A stretch of DNA of 64,000 bases from Azolla caroliniana (taxonomy: Eukaryota > Plantae > Polypodiophyta), in NCBI GenBank assembly GCA_043228905.1, contig JBHGNT010000018.1:7316001-7380000 (forward strand). The letters run 5' to 3'. The stretch's first letter is position 1. Each line of letters starts with the position of its first letter. The position numbers and the translations under genes were made by a program. Below are positions 12,294 through 26,300 of the stretch, in pieces. The notes beneath the pieces are model-generated. The model was not told the origin of the DNA. It ran no database searches and saw only the letters and a list, made by a program, of their open reading frames with translations.

Positions 12294-15245
12294 ATTTTTG
12301 TGACCTTCATAGATGACTGTAGCCGGAAGTTGTGGGCTTCTGTTCTGAAGACAGAGGACTAGGTGTTAACCGTCTTCAAAGAATTCCAGGCGAGGGCTGA
12401 AAGAGAAACCAATCGGAAGCTAAAAGTAGTTCGATAGGATAACGGAGGAGAATACCGAGAGCGATTCGAGGAGTACTACCAATCGAAGGGAATCCGGCTC
12501 GAATACACCATGCCAAAGACGCTAGAGTTGAATGGGTTAGCCGAGAGAATGAACTGGACCATCATCAAGAGAGTTCGGAGTATGCTTGCACATGCAAAAT
12601 TATCCAAGACGTTTAGGGTTGAGGCACAAATGACATTGGTTTATATGATAAACAAATCACCCTCAATACCCTTGGACGGAGATATTCCACAAGAGGTGTG
12701 GACTGTCAAAGACATGTCGTATCCGCATCTGAGGGTGTTTGGTTGTCTTGTCTATGCGCTTGTAGCAAAGGATTAGATGGGGAAATTGGACCCAAAGTCT
12801 CGGCCATGCATATTTTTAGGATCCGGCGACGACGAGTTCAATTACCAGTTATGGGACTTAGTCGACAAGAAGGTAATATGTAGCGGAGATATAATCTTCA
12901 TGGAGGAGAAGACTATTGTCGACTGGGAGAAGGAGAAGACGAGTGCATTCTCCTGACCAATCGGAAGTCGAATAAGGGGAGTTGATCGGATCCAAACACT
13001 GAGTCAAATTTGGACACATATCCGGACATAGAGTCGGATCTAGAGCCGCATCGATTGAAAGGCATCTGGTTGGATTCGAAGAGGAAGAACTAGTCACCTC
13101 TGAATCGAATGATAAACTAGCCGAATGAGAAGAGAAAAGACTTAGCGAGCCGGATGAGGAAAACAAATGAAATACATACCTTCTAAGAGAGAGAATAGCC
13201 CCACGAAAATTTTAGGATAAAGAGTAAGTGGTACTTACCGACGAGGGGGAGCCAGAGAACTTTGAGGAAGCGAAGGGGGACACCCACAATAGAGAGTGGC
13301 GAAGTGCCATGGACAACGAGATGCATTCCCTACATGAGAACCACACGTATGAGTTGATGGAATTGCTAAAAGGAAAGAAGGCACTCTGGAACAACTGGGT
13401 GTATAAATTGAAATCGAGAGATGGCGGAAATCCACCAAGGTATAAGGATCGCATTGTGGTGAAGGGCTTCCAACAAAAAAAGGAGTGGATTACAACGAGA
13501 TTTTTGCCACGGTGGTGAAGATGACATCCATTCAGACGATGCTAGGCATAGCGCTCAACATGAACCTTGAAGTCGAGCAATTGGATGTCAAGATGACCTT
13601 TTCCGATGGTGAACTCAAAGAAGAAATCTATATGCAACAACCAAAGGATTCATGAAAAGGGGAAGGAGAACCTGGTATGCCGGTTGAGAAAGAGCCCTTA
13701 TGGATTGAAGCAGGCTTCCCAACATTGGTACCGGAAGTTTGAATCCTTCATGGCCGATTAAGGGTACTACAAAACGCAAGTCGACCATTGTGTGTTTATG
13801 AGGAAGTTCGACGGAGGAGATTTCCTCATCGTTCTTTTGTACGTGGACGATATGTTGATTGTCAGATGGGACCACATCAAGATCAGAATGCAGAAGACGG
13901 CCTTAAGCATGTCATTCTCAATGAAGGATATGGGTCCGGCAAGACAGACCCTGGGAATGCACATTGTCCAGACAAAGAAATTATTGTGGTTGTCACAAGA
14001 GAAGTACATGACAAAGGTGCTCTAGAGGTTCAACATGAAAAGCGTGAAGCCTGTTGGCTCGATGCTCCCGACCAACAACAAGATATCCGGGAGACAATGT
14101 CCAAAGAAAAAGACGGACATGATGAAGGTACCCTATGCCTCAACGGTCGGAAGTCTGATGTACGCAATGGTATGTATCAGGCCGAACATCGGATACGCGA
14201 TCAGAGTCTTCAACTGGTTCATGAACAATCAAGGGAAAGAGCATTGGGCTGTAGTGAAGTGGATACTTCGGTACTTGAGAGGCACCTCGAGCATGTGTCC
14301 GATTCAGCTTAGGTAACCCCTTATTCAAAGGTTTTATTGATTCAGACATGTCGATTGATGTGGATACCAGCTAGTCCATGTCCGGATATGTCATGGCTTA
14401 TGTAGGGGGAGCCGTGTCATGGCAGTCGAGGTTTGCAGAAGGCCGTAACATTGTCAAACACGGAAGCGGAGCATATGGCCGTTTCGAAATCCGGCAAAGA
14501 AAATTATCTGGATGGAGTTCATCAGAGAGTTGGCAATTTGGCAAGAAGAATTCCAACTCTATTGCGACAACCAAAGTACCATCCACCTTGCGAAGAATGT
14601 CGCTTACCACTTGATGACCAAGCACATCCAGAGGAGATATCCACAATGGAGAACGGATCAAACATACTGACGAAGGTGTTGTCGATAGAGACGTTGGACG
14701 CGTGCCGAAGATGGGTTAGATTGACAAAGCACTCCATGCTGGAGTGATAGGGGAGTTTGTTAGTAGACAAGTCCCTCCCGATTGGAAGTAAAGCATGAAC
14801 CAGATCAGTTGGATCCAAGGAAGAAGAAAAACCAGATACGGATAGGCATCCGAAAAAGGCCATATTTGTAAATAGGCTTTGTTGCGCTATTAAGGCCAGA
14901 ATTGTAAATAGTCCTAAAGTTGTATTAATATGAATACCACTAGGGAAAATCATTGTATGAAGATGATGCATGAGTTACTATTGGTATTTGCCTCTATAAT
15001 TGAGAGTGTGTAAGAGAGAGAGAGTGTAGTAACTCTTTGTAGCCGTCATGTGACGAAGAAGAACCCAAGGTAGTTGCCTTAAGAGTTTCTTATTTGTATT
15101 CGTCCTGCATATTGTGACATTTTGGAGTTTGTGGATTCCTTTGGTTTTTCCTTTTTAGGGTTTTCCACGAAAAATACTTGTCTCTATACTCTTTGTCTAT
15201 CTGACTTCTGTGATTTTTGTGATTACAATCTTTGCACACATGACA
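12294..15245 (+). mobile_element. Copia 3' half: integrase, RT and RNase H pseudogene plus 3' LTR (from about 14758; right end approximate)
   Basis: NGLAERMN, HLRVFGC, LLYVDDMLI, PYASTVGSLMYAM, SGYV..GGAVSWQS motifs; PPT-like agggagtt before tgttag. Confidence 0.85.
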
Positions 15246-17266
15246 ACTGGTTGTGGCCAGTAGTATCCTCTGCATATTGTTCATATCCCAAATAACTTTT
15301 TATATCTTGTATATGACTATTTAATAGTCCCATACTCATTAATAAAATCAACACTTCTATCAGTTGCTATTACAAAACATTCATTATCACATGATCAAAT
15401 CAACAACAATCAGAACGTTCAAAATCAATAGCAATCAGAGCGTTCAAAATCAATAACAATCAGAGTAGAGTGTTCATCGGAAACTAGGAACGACAACAAA
15501 AAGAAAACATCAACATCACAAACTACTCACAATAAGAAACACTAAATTCATAAACTCAAAATTTACTTCACAAATAAAAGAAAACCAATCATGGCCACAG
15601 TCGAAAACCTAGACATGGTTGCTGCCACAACACCCTCCTCCACAAAACAGATTGCCTATGACAACACTCAGCTCTCAAACACCATTCGGAAATTGGTCAG
15701 ATATCAAACAGATTCAAACAAAAAGAGAAAAACACAGAGAATTCAGAAATAGAGAAAGAAAAGTGGTGGAGTGGCGAATAACAAATGTCACATAATCAAT
15801 GGAAAGCCACAGGGAGCAACGAGTAGGGAGTAGCGAGCAATGAACAACAAGGAGCAAGGAACAGGGAGTAATGAAGAAGGAACAAAGAGCAGTGAGAAGC
15901 GAGAAGAAGGAAAGCAAGAAGTGAGAAAGAGGGGGAAAAGAAAAACATACAAATATTTTTCGAAACTATATAAATAGCCGATTCATAAAATATGAACCGG
16001 CTAGATTCCAGTTGGTCGGAAAACCTGATCGGAATCAGTTCCGGCAGTCCCCTACGTTGGTCGGCAAACGTCCCAATGCAACTGCAACGCTAACATTGTT
16101 CTCGGGAGTTTGCCCAACATTGTTCTAGGCTATGCTTATTACAAAGAAGAGAAGAGAAGAGAAGTTGAACATTGACTTTAAGCTTTGTTGAAACTTGAAT
16201 TGGAATATATATAATACTAAGATCATGTTAACCCATCTTTTTCCTTGATGAAAAACTCGTATCCTCCAAAGACATCTCCCATATGAATTGATTCTAATTA
16301 ATTATCATACCCTTTCTCAAATACCTTTTTTTTTACAAGTCCTCATAGCTAGTATATAAATTATAATCCTAATAGTAAATTGGAGATACCCCCAAATGAG
16401 AGAAAAAGAGGATAGATTAATGATATAATTTTTGAAATGGGTTATATATAATTTAGATAAAGGAAATGAATTGGCCACATTAATGTAGAAATACCTCACA
16501 AAATTGCATGAGTTGGGAACTTGGGGGAGTATAGCCATCAAGAGTGGTTATGTTCTTTTCATAGACAATCTTTCCATCGTAAAAGACTTTGCTTTTCCTA
16601 AACTACCACACTGTTTGCAAAAGAAAAAGAAAGGTTTAAACTTCATCCTAATGGTAATAAAGAAAATAAAATTATCCCTAAGAGTCCACATTCATGAAAG
16701 GTACATTCTTGAAAACAAAAAGAAACTAATACTATTTTGTCAACATGTATTTTCATGCATGTAAGGCTAGAATATACTATTAGTGGTGGTGCTATACGGG
16801 TAGACAAAAACCATGTAATAGTTAAAAAGAAGTTCCAAGCATCTATAATATATTTGTGGGGTTTGCCTTGGTAAATGTTAATTGTTTTCGATATTAATTC
16901 TTCATGCTTGTTGGGTAGCGACATCATGGTGCAACTATTGAACATTGTGAATGCATACATATTCAAATAGGAGGATCATGCACATGACGTAAAGTATACA
17001 ATAAACAATAGATGAAGATCTTATGTTTTCCCAATAAATAATTAATGCCGATTGTCATTGTAGTGACAAAATCATGTGACATAGAGCAGCACAAAGTGAT
17101 GAAACATGGAGGTAGAATTTGCTAGAATACTCATAACATTTACATTCAAAGCGAATTTGATTTTTTAACATCTTTTAATCCAATTTGTAGGTTAAGTAAG
17201 ATCACTCAACCGTCTACTTGCATTCATTTCTTAGAAAGAAATTAAAGGTTTGGAGTAATTGATGTA

Positions 17267-18643
17267 ATGGCTTCTAATGAGTCAAAGACCATCCCTAATT
17301 CTTATATCTTCATGTTTTTTGTTTTCTTGTTTTCCAATCTCATCTCTGTCTACTTGGGCTTCTCTTGGCAATCTCGCAACGATCCCTACGCCATCCCCTC
17401 CCTCGGCAGCTTGGGATGGGCTTCTCCATCCAATTTCGATGATTCGGATGCTCACAATTTGCTTTCTCGCCTCAACGAAACGGAGGTAGAGCTCCAACTT
17501 ACGAGATACGAGGTCTCGCAACTCCACGAAGTCCTCAAAGCTGCCGAGGAGCTCGTCCACAGCTTGACATCAAATGGCGCCTCATTCTTCACGAAATCTC
17601 ACGAGACCCCAGATACCAAAACTGATGACGACGAAGATTCGGCGAATATAATCCGATTGCGCGATGCGCAAACATTGAGTGAGGAGCTGCACGAGTACAT
17701 CGGGGAGAAGAAATTGCCATTAGGGTGGAGCCCGGCATTGGGGAGCTCCACAATGGTGTCACCAATTGGCCACTCATGTGAGCTTGTTGTGGAAGACCTC
17801 CTTAAATACATGGATTATAAGGTTGGAGGCCCTTGCCCGGATGATCAAGGGTTTGCCCAATCGCTCATGCTCCATGGATGTGAGCCATTGCCGCGGCGAA
17901 GATGTTTTGCAAAGGGCCCGGCTTCATACAAGGAGCCATATCCGCTACCACGGAGCATGTGGACAATGCCTAAAAATGAGAGCATCTTATGGACACCCTA
18001 TACATGCAAGAGCTTCGAGTGCTTGAATGACAGGAAGAACAAGGGGGTGTCTGCAGATTGCCTCGATTGTTTCGAGCTGGACGGCCGGGAGAGCTGGAGG
18101 TGGATGGAGCGAAGCAGAAGAGAGACCGACCTACATTACTCGGTCGAAGAGGTGTTGGAGATAAAGAATGGGACGATCCGGATTGGGCTTGACATAGGAG
18201 GAGGCACGGCAACATTTGCGGTGAGGATGATGGAGCACAATGTCACCATTATCACTAGCTCCCTCAATCTCAATGGACCTTTCAACAACTTTATCGCGCT
18301 TAGAGGGGTGGTCCCCCTATACCTTAACATAGCGCAACGCCTACCGTTCTTCGACAACACACTCGATATCATACACTCGATGCATGTCCTCAGTAATTGG
18401 ATCCCGACCACCACGCTCGAGTTCATCCTCTTTGACATAGATCGGGTGCTCCGTCCGGGTGGCATCTTCTGGCTTGACCACTTCTTCTGCATTGAGCTCC
18501 AACTCAAGGACACCTATCTCCCCTTACTTAACAAGCTCGGCTACAAGAAACTCAAATGGGCTATCGGCCCGAAGCTTGACCGCGGTGCCGATCTCCATGA
18601 GATGTACCTCTCCGCTGTTCTAGAGAAGCCATTGTCAAGATGA
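17267..18643 (+). CDS. Putative SAM-dependent methyltransferase, Methyltransf_29/DUF248-like plant family (type II membrane protein), intronless, 458 aa
   Basis: Intact ORF; N-terminal hydrophobic anchor and coiled coil; GCEPLPRRRC, IRIGLDIGGGTATFA (SAM motif I), RLPFFDNTLDIIHS, DRVLRPGG motifs. Confidence 0.95.
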   Translation: MASNESKTIPNSYIFMFFVFLFSNLISVYLGFSWQSRNDPYAIPSLGSLGWASPSNFDDSDAHNLLSRLNETEVELQLTRYEVSQLHEVLKAAEELVHSLTSNGASFFTKSHETPDTKTDDDEDSANIIRLRDAQTLSEELHEYIGEKKLPLGWSPALGSSTMVSPIGHSCELVVEDLLKYMDYKVGGPCPDDQGFAQSLMLHGCEPLPRRRCFAKGPASYKEPYPLPRSMWTMPKNESILWTPYTCKSFECLNDRKNKGVSADCLDCFELDGRESWRWMERSRRETDLHYSVEEVLEIKNGTIRIGLDIGGGTATFAVRMMEHNVTIITSSLNLNGPFNNFIALRGVVPLYLNIAQRLPFFDNTLDIIHSMHVLSNWIPTTTLEFILFDIDRVLRPGGIFWLDHFFCIELQLKDTYLPLLNKLGYKKLKWAIGPKLDRGADLHEMYLSAVLEKPLSR

Positions 18644-19449
18644 TGATTATCCTAGTGGTGATTTTATGATTCATCACCCAAAGAGAATTAGGATCTATTA
18701 ATATGCATCATATTAATCTTATTAGCCAAAGTGAAGAGGGAAGGATGTGTTGTGCTTACTCATAATCCTCATTAAAAATGTAGAAGACAATTTGATTTTA
18801 CCTTATAACAAAAGATACAAGGAAATTAATTCTTTGTATCCATCCAGGAACTACATTTTGATTTGTCCAAACAATGAATGAACTTGATTTCATTATAGTG
18901 TAAATGCTTCGTCAGTGTGAAATCTTCCATAAACAAATTGTTGAGCTAATGACATCCATTCGAGCTCTTTTTATGATACACTAAATTAGTCAAGACATTA
19001 ATAGTGTAGCCTAGACATGTACAGTAACCTAATAAATGCGAAAGGGTGTGACAAATGATGAAAAATGTATGCTTCCTAATGCACATATATTCCAATGGAG
19101 GTATAGCTATATGTTGAAATGATTCTTTTGAGGTGAGATTGATATTGAATCCAATAAAGGTGATACAGCCTAAAGGTATAAATGAGTATCAATTATCCCT
19201 CATCTTGTTAGTATTAGTGCTAACCATTGGGAGAGAAAAACTTACTTACCCTCTACACTAATCAGATTAAGAAGTGTAGTTAATAAACGTTACACTTAAT
19301 AGGATGATAGATTTGGGATCAGCAAATCAAGGTGGCCTAGTAGGGAAAAAAGGCAATCGAGGGTAGGGCAGGGTTCATGGCAATCGATTACATTGTTTGG
19401 TAGCTCACAGCATAAACATATTTCATGTGGTTGGTAGTAGATATGGGCC

Positions 19450-19780
19450 TGGTTTCAGCTCAAATCCTTCAGCTAAAATAACGGTTTAGCAGTTCCAAAA
19501 TAATTAAATGATTTGGTTTGGTTTGTATTATTAATAAATAATTCGGTCTTAGTTCGGTTTGGTTCTAAAACTTAGGTTTATTAGTTTATAGGTTTAAGTG
19601 GTTTGGTTTAAAGGATTGTTGGTTCTTGGTTAATTGGTTTTTTACCTTAAGGGTTAAGGGTTTAATTAAAGTTTTTTATTGATTTACCTAATTTAACTTA
19701 AATGCTTATTTAATTTAATGTATTTTTGTTTATTTAGTTTTTCAAATTAGTTTGGCTTAAATGGATAGGTTTAAAATTTG
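19450..19780. repeat. AT-rich region with repeated ggtt/cggtt motifs, possibly a MITE or hAT subterminal remnant
   Basis: Clustered ggtttggtt/ttcggtt motifs; no TIR pair identified. Confidence 0.3.
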
Positions 19781-20449
19781 AGCTTTGCTCAATGTCTAAT
19801 AGGACATCGAGAAGTGCGGTTGAGTTGGAAGTTACCAAAGAACATGTGGCATGTAAGTTTCGTTGAATTCTTCTTTGCATGTCATGATCCTAGGAGCTTA
19901 TATCATCATTGAAAGGGGAATCTAATTGGTAGAGCATCAAATGATTGAATGTGTGATTGAGCAAGAGAGACTCTCGAAGGTTGTGTCTACGTGGCTTGAC
20001 TCTCCCCATCCAGTGGTTTCTTTGATTGTGAGGGGGTGCTATATTAATGAGAGGTTATGTGTGGATGGGTAAATACAAATTGTTGACGATGAGTGAACTT
20101 CTTGTGGACTAATTCAATTGGCTATAGGCTAATAATATTGTACATGTGTGTGGGCAGTGTGATGGGATACAATGTGTGGTGAGTGGTACAAACCTTCAAA
20201 TATGGAGTGATCTATGTTGGCCATAAGGTCCAATGGTCTACATAAGGGGAGGAAAAGTGATGTGATGTATTAAATATGTGACTATAAGGAGTATTGAAGA
20301 GTATGAGACAAGGTGTGAGGGCTTATTGAGGTTATAATAGTTGACAAGTGAATTTGGATGGGCATCTATTTAATGTCCTCGCCACCATGGGCTACTTACC
20401 AATGAAGACCTAGTTGTTTAGGAATAGAAACACAACAATCATTCCAACA

Positions 20450-22060
20450 TGTTGAATGACAAGCCCAGCATGAGCCAAATCGGTTAAAGGCCAAAAAGTT
20501 GAGTCAGCTGAAGAAGCCCACATCCGAATCGGTTGAGGAAAGTCAGTTGTAGAAGCCGTAAGTCGGATTGCCTAGAAGCTGACAGGCCGTTAGGGCCTTC
20601 ATTCCTATTTTAGTAATAGGAATATTATAGGTTATTGAGTGTTAGAGCTCATAAGTGTGCATTAAATTTGTTGACTGACAAGCTCAACATGTGTCGGATC
20701 GGCCAAAGAAACTGATAGCCAAATTGGCTAAGGAGAGTCGGTTGAAGAAGACGAAGTACTTGTCAGTATTTGTCTCAACCCACTGTCAAGGCTTGTATAA
20801 AAGTGCTCATTGAGTAGATTGTATGTACTAAACTTAGCATTTTGTAATAGAAGTTGTTTGGTTGTCTACTCTACTCAGTCACTCAACTCAATCTCGCTTT
20901 GTTTACTTACCTTTATACTTACAACTTCCAATAGAGAGGCATGTGTGTCACTGCCTACACCACCAAGATGAAAGGGATTTGTGATTTGTTGGGATCCATC
21001 AACATTTCGGTAGACGAAGACGAGATGGTGTAGATCTGTCTCGATGGTCTAGCTCAGAGGTATGGCAGTTTTGGATGCTCCTCGTAGAAGAAAACCATGC
21101 GGGTGCGTCGATGAGCACGCACACCAATAGCAAGATGTTGTACACTGAGGTGGATTGGCCTAGTGGTTGTGGGGAATGAGGCGCGTCCACACCCAAAAAT
21201 AGAGGCCGACATGAGTAGAACCAAACGCACAACAAGGGTCCCGACAGTAGTAGTGGACTCTCTATGAGTAAGGGAAGTCAAGGTGGAGAGTCCACTGACT
21301 GTTGGTACTATGGCCGGAAGGGCCACGGGGAAAACGAATGCTAGAAGAAGAAAGTTGTTTCGGACAAAGCTGAATCAAGTAGAACCGACTTCGAGCATCA
21401 ATAAAGATCACACTATGCATACGGCTTAGTCCAGGCTGGAACGAGCCCTGTATTTGTCATTAAGCACAAAGCCAACCGAATCGGTGTGAGCGTCTCGAAG
21501 CCGAACGAGCTGTGGTACATGGACTTTGGCACATCAAACCACATGAGGAACCATAAAGAATGACTCACTACTTTGGAAAAGTCGAAGCAGCCAGAAGTCG
21601 TTGAGACTGACAACAACACGCCTCACCCCATCGAACATATCAATGATGTCCCTCTAAGCCATGTTGTTAGAGAGGAATCATGAGGAATGTCCTGCATGTT
21701 CCGACAATCACTAAGAATCTGGTGTCAGTCAAACAAATTAGTGATCAAGGAATGTAGGTCTGATTCACTCATCCTGAGTGCTTCATTGAGGAAGAAGGCA
21801 GAATCATTGTGCAAGGGCGCAACGAAGGGAGGATGTTCATTCTCAAAACAAATGATGTCAGAGCCACTATGTTTGACAAAGTACAATAGGTCAAATCGAA
21901 CATCGACCTCTAGCATAAGCGGATCGGCCATGTCAACTTCTCGCGGCTTCAAGAGATGCAGACGAAGAATATTGTTTTCGTCATGCCAAAATTTAGTGGT
22001 TGAAAGGACCAAGTCTGTGACGCCTACAAACTTGGGAAGCAACATCGACGTCCTTTCCCA
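20450..22060 (+). mobile_element. Degenerate Copia remnant (LTR-like segment plus gag/protease/GAG-pre-integrase), same family as 29423-35163
   Basis: Nucleotide similarity to the VEENHAGAS, WYxDxGxSNHM and VLHVPTITKNLVSV coding regions of the 29-35 kb element. Confidence 0.7.
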
Positions 22061-23350
22061 TGTTAACAAATATGTGCGGAAGAACGGGTGAGGACCTATA
22101 GGTTTATGAACAACAAACAACATAGATATACACAATGAGAAGAAACAATAGATCGACAGAGATGAAAGCTTCAATGGAAGTTCATTGTTGCTCTCTCACT
22201 CTCTCTCACTGAGACTCAAGATACAAGATCATTATACAACATTGGGTTAGAGCTTATATGCTAAGCCCTAACTATTTGGATGAGTTCACTCTAAGTTACA
22301 AAGTGGAAGGTGTCAGCCTTTTATGCCAACAAAATCCCCCGTAAACCTAGATTATAATTTTAATTTAAAGTTATAGTTACAAGTTAATCGGCATATAACC
22401 GAGTAGGTAGAGGTAAAGTCGTTACCTAACCTAATTCAACTAGTTATACGAATCGGTCAGATCGACTTGTTCATAGCATCTTGCGTCGAGTTGGCTTGTT
22501 TTGTCTGGATCAACTCATGTCCGATTTTGACTCTTGGCCTTGGGTCGATCGTTTGTTGTTAGCTCGTGCTTGCTCCTAAGCTTCTGGTTCTTTTCACTTT
22601 GCCTTATTGGCTCATCCGGTCGAGCAGATCTTCTACTTACCTTGTGTTCCACGCTCGACATTCTTCTACTCGGTCGCTTTTCGTAGTCATATCTTTGTCC
22701 TTAATGCTCCAAAGCGTTAATCTGGGAGTGGTTTCATCAAGCAATCGGCGATGTTCACTTCGGTGTCAATCTTCCAAACTTCAAGCCTCTTTTCTATTAC
22801 GAGCTCCTGGATGTGATGATACCGTACCTCAATATGTTTTTCCTTTGCATGATAGACATGATACTTTATGTGGTGTATCGCGCTCTGTGAGTTGTGGTCG
22901 AGTGAGTCGGCTACTTCGATGGGGCAAAGTCCAAAATTTTCTAGAGGCTAACAATGCCGAAATGGATTCAAGAGGTGTGAACAAAGCCGCCTTGGTGAAG
23001 CATTGTCATCACCCTCTCCGGGATCGTTCGGTTGATCCGTGTAGCCACTCCATTTTTCATGCATGTGTATGGAACGGTCTTTTGGTGTCTGATCCCTTTG
23101 TTGGACAGGTATTGTTTGAAGGATCGAGAGGTGTATTCACTTCCGTTGTCGGATTGGAGTGTGTTCACTCTATATCTTGATCAGTTCTCCACTTTAGTTT
23201 TCCAGTCAAGCGCTTCGTCTTTTGACCTAACCAAATAGGCCCAGACCTTCCGTGCAATCATCTACAAATGTGATGAACTACTGGGAGCCACCTAGTGATC
23301 TCTTAGGCATGGACCCACATATATTTGTGTGCAAGAGTTGTAGAGGATGT
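22061..23350 (-). mobile_element. Internally deleted Copia remnant: LTR 22061-22331, PPT, integrase fragment
   Basis: tgttaac...gccaaca followed by aaatccccc; LQSDNGSEY...NGVA integrase core (22968-23168). Confidence 0.65.
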
Positions 23351-26300
23351 TGTACCTATTGCAAACAACACTCGGCCACAACCGAGTCTCAATGACAATG
23401 GAAGAAATAGAGCAGAAATAAAGATTAATGCACTTACACACAAAAGGGATCGACACAAGATATTAACGTAGAAACCCTAATCGGGAAAACCACCAGAGTT
23501 CTTTGACTCCGAAAAGGATCAGTATAGAGCAGGCGTGCAACAAAATGAGACTCAGAGGCAACGACCTCGAGCTCTCTATCTTCGCCAACCGGTAGTTACA
23601 ACAGAAAGAGCTTTCTGTGTGTATATCCGTCTTTCTCTCTCTCTCTCTCTATACAATTGAGACTATCGCGCTATGAATGACAATTCTAATCTATCATATT
23701 AAATTACTCTAAGTTATATTTATACTTATATAAATTACAGGCTATTTACAAATGTGGCCTCAACGGCCCATAAGAAACATATTTACAAATCTTTCTCTCT
23801 TCTAGTTCCATTTGGTTTGGCTTCCGGATATACTTCCGGATCCATCCGATCTAGCTTCCTCCTCCGGATACTCCGATCCAGCTTGATCGGTTGTCATCCA
23901 GATCCCATCTGGAGGGATTGGTTTCACAACAAACTCCCCCTTCACTCCGGCATGGGATGTCTTGCCAATCCGACCCATTTTTGGCACGCGTCCAGCTTGT
24001 GGGTTGTTAGCACCTTCATCAGCATATCCGACCCATTCTCCGCCATATGGAACTTCATCAGTGAAAAATCTTTATCTTCTACCTTCTCCTGGAGCTAGTG
24101 ATATCTCCTTTGGATGTGCTTGGTCCGAGAGTGGTAGGCCGTGTTCTTGGCAAAGTTGATGGCACTTTGACTATCGTAGTAGAGTCGGTATTCCTCATGT
24201 CAGATTCCTAGCTCTTCGATGAAGTCCATCATCCAGATTACTTGCCGGCTTCCACTATGGCCATGTACTCCACTTCCGTTGTCGACTGTGCAATGGACTT
24301 TTGCAGCCTCGACTTCCATGATACAGCTCCCCCTGCATATGTCATAACATATCCGGAAGTAGATTGGCTGGTATCTGCATCAACCGACATGTCTGAATCG
24401 GTGAAGCCTTCCAATAGGGGTTTATCGAAACTGAATCGGAGGCACATGCTTGAGGTTCCTTTTAGGTACCGGAGTATCCAGTTGACGGCGACCCAATGTT
24501 CTCTTCCCCGATTTCTCATGAACCGCTTGACCACTTCGACTGCGTTGTCGTAGTGTAATTCGTACACTACGTGAAAAATTACATTTTTGGTCTCTCCGGA
24601 TAGGACATGGAGTACCTAGTGAGAACCGGAAGAAGGAATCGGTAAGGACCGAAACCAGTAAGAAGACCCGGCAAGAGCCGGATGAAGAAGGCTGGTGAGA
24701 GTTGCTGAGAAACGAACCAAGAGATCGGTAAGGAGGTTCCGGTAAGAACCGGACAAAGAAAACTATCAAGCACCGAATGAAGCAGAACCGGAAAGAGCCG
24801 GAGGAAGAAGGCTGGTGAGAGTCTCTCACCGGATGAAGAGACATATGTGTAAATAGAAGAAAGTATAAAAATATATATTACATGCATAGGGCAAGATTCG
24901 AACCTTGCACCTCCATGTTAATAATGTTAAGCCTTATCATTATAGTAGGGTATTATGAATTTTAAAGCTATACTAAACTTTATCCCATGTAAAGTTTCTA
25001 GACATGCATGGTACAAAAGTTATTCATGCATAGACACTCGAGTTAAAAGAAAAGATGAGATAGAAAGCTAATCATGCACATGCAGTGTGCATGAAAACTA
25101 AAGATAGAAAAAGCATGATGCTTGCATGTGATGAACTTAGACTCTTCCAACACTATATAAGGAAGAGAGAAAGATGTATAGAGGTTGTTGATTATTTTAC
25201 AAGGGTTGATTAATATAATATAATCGTGGGATCCACGAATTTGCTAACTATTATTCTCTCTTAATTTGAGTACTCACTAATACACTATACTCGTGGGATT
25301 CACGAGTTTTTCATATCTTTCTTTCTCACAATATATTTCACATTCTTAATTGCCTTAGAATTTTCCTTCCTCCTAGTCCAAAACCCCAGTGGTTCCCACC
25401 CGACTCACGCAACGATCCGGAGCCGAAAGGCACGACAGTGTATCCTATGTCCGGTCATTTACACACCATTGCATACATCAACCTTCGGCTGTAGAGGCAT
25501 ACTGTACTTGCTTCATCTTCGCTTTCTCCGCCTTTTTCTTTGCACTTTGCTTTCTAGAAAACTTGCAATTTGCCGGAACTGTCCATCGGATTGGCTTGGC
25601 ATCCGACATGCTAAACCTTTGAAGAACCTTTGTCACATACTTCTCATGTGACAACCACAACAACTTCTCTGTCCGCTCCCGGATTACATGCATTCCCAAG
25701 ATCTGTCTCACTGGACCCATATCTTTCATTGAGAAGGACCGACTCAAGGCCTTCTTCAACATTCCGATCTTGATATGGTCACTTCCTATGATCAACATGC
25801 CGTCAAAATATAGTAGAAGGATTAAGAAGTCTCCTCTGTCGAACTTCTTCACGGACACACAGTGGTCGGCTTGCGTCTTGCAATATCCATGGTCTATCAT
25901 GAAGGAGTCAAACCTCTAGTACCATTGCTAGGGAGCTTGCTTTAGTCCGTATAAGATCTTCTTCAACCGGCACACCAAGTGCTCCTTCCCTTTCTTGACA
26001 AATCCCTTTGGCTACTGCATGTAGATCTCTTCTTCGAGGTCGCCATGTAGGAACGTCGTCTTGCCGTCTAGTTGGTTTGGCTCGAGGTCCATGCTTGCCG
26101 CTATGCCCAACACCGTTCGGATGGATGTCATCTTGACTACCAGGGCGAAGATATCATCGAAATCCACTCCTTTCTTCTGCTGGAAGCCCTTCACCCCAAT
26201 GCGGGCTTTGTATCTCAATGGATTTCTGGAATCTCCCGGTTTCAGCTTGTACATCCACTTGTTCCAGAGCGCTCTCTTTCCTTTCGGCAGCTCCGTCAAT

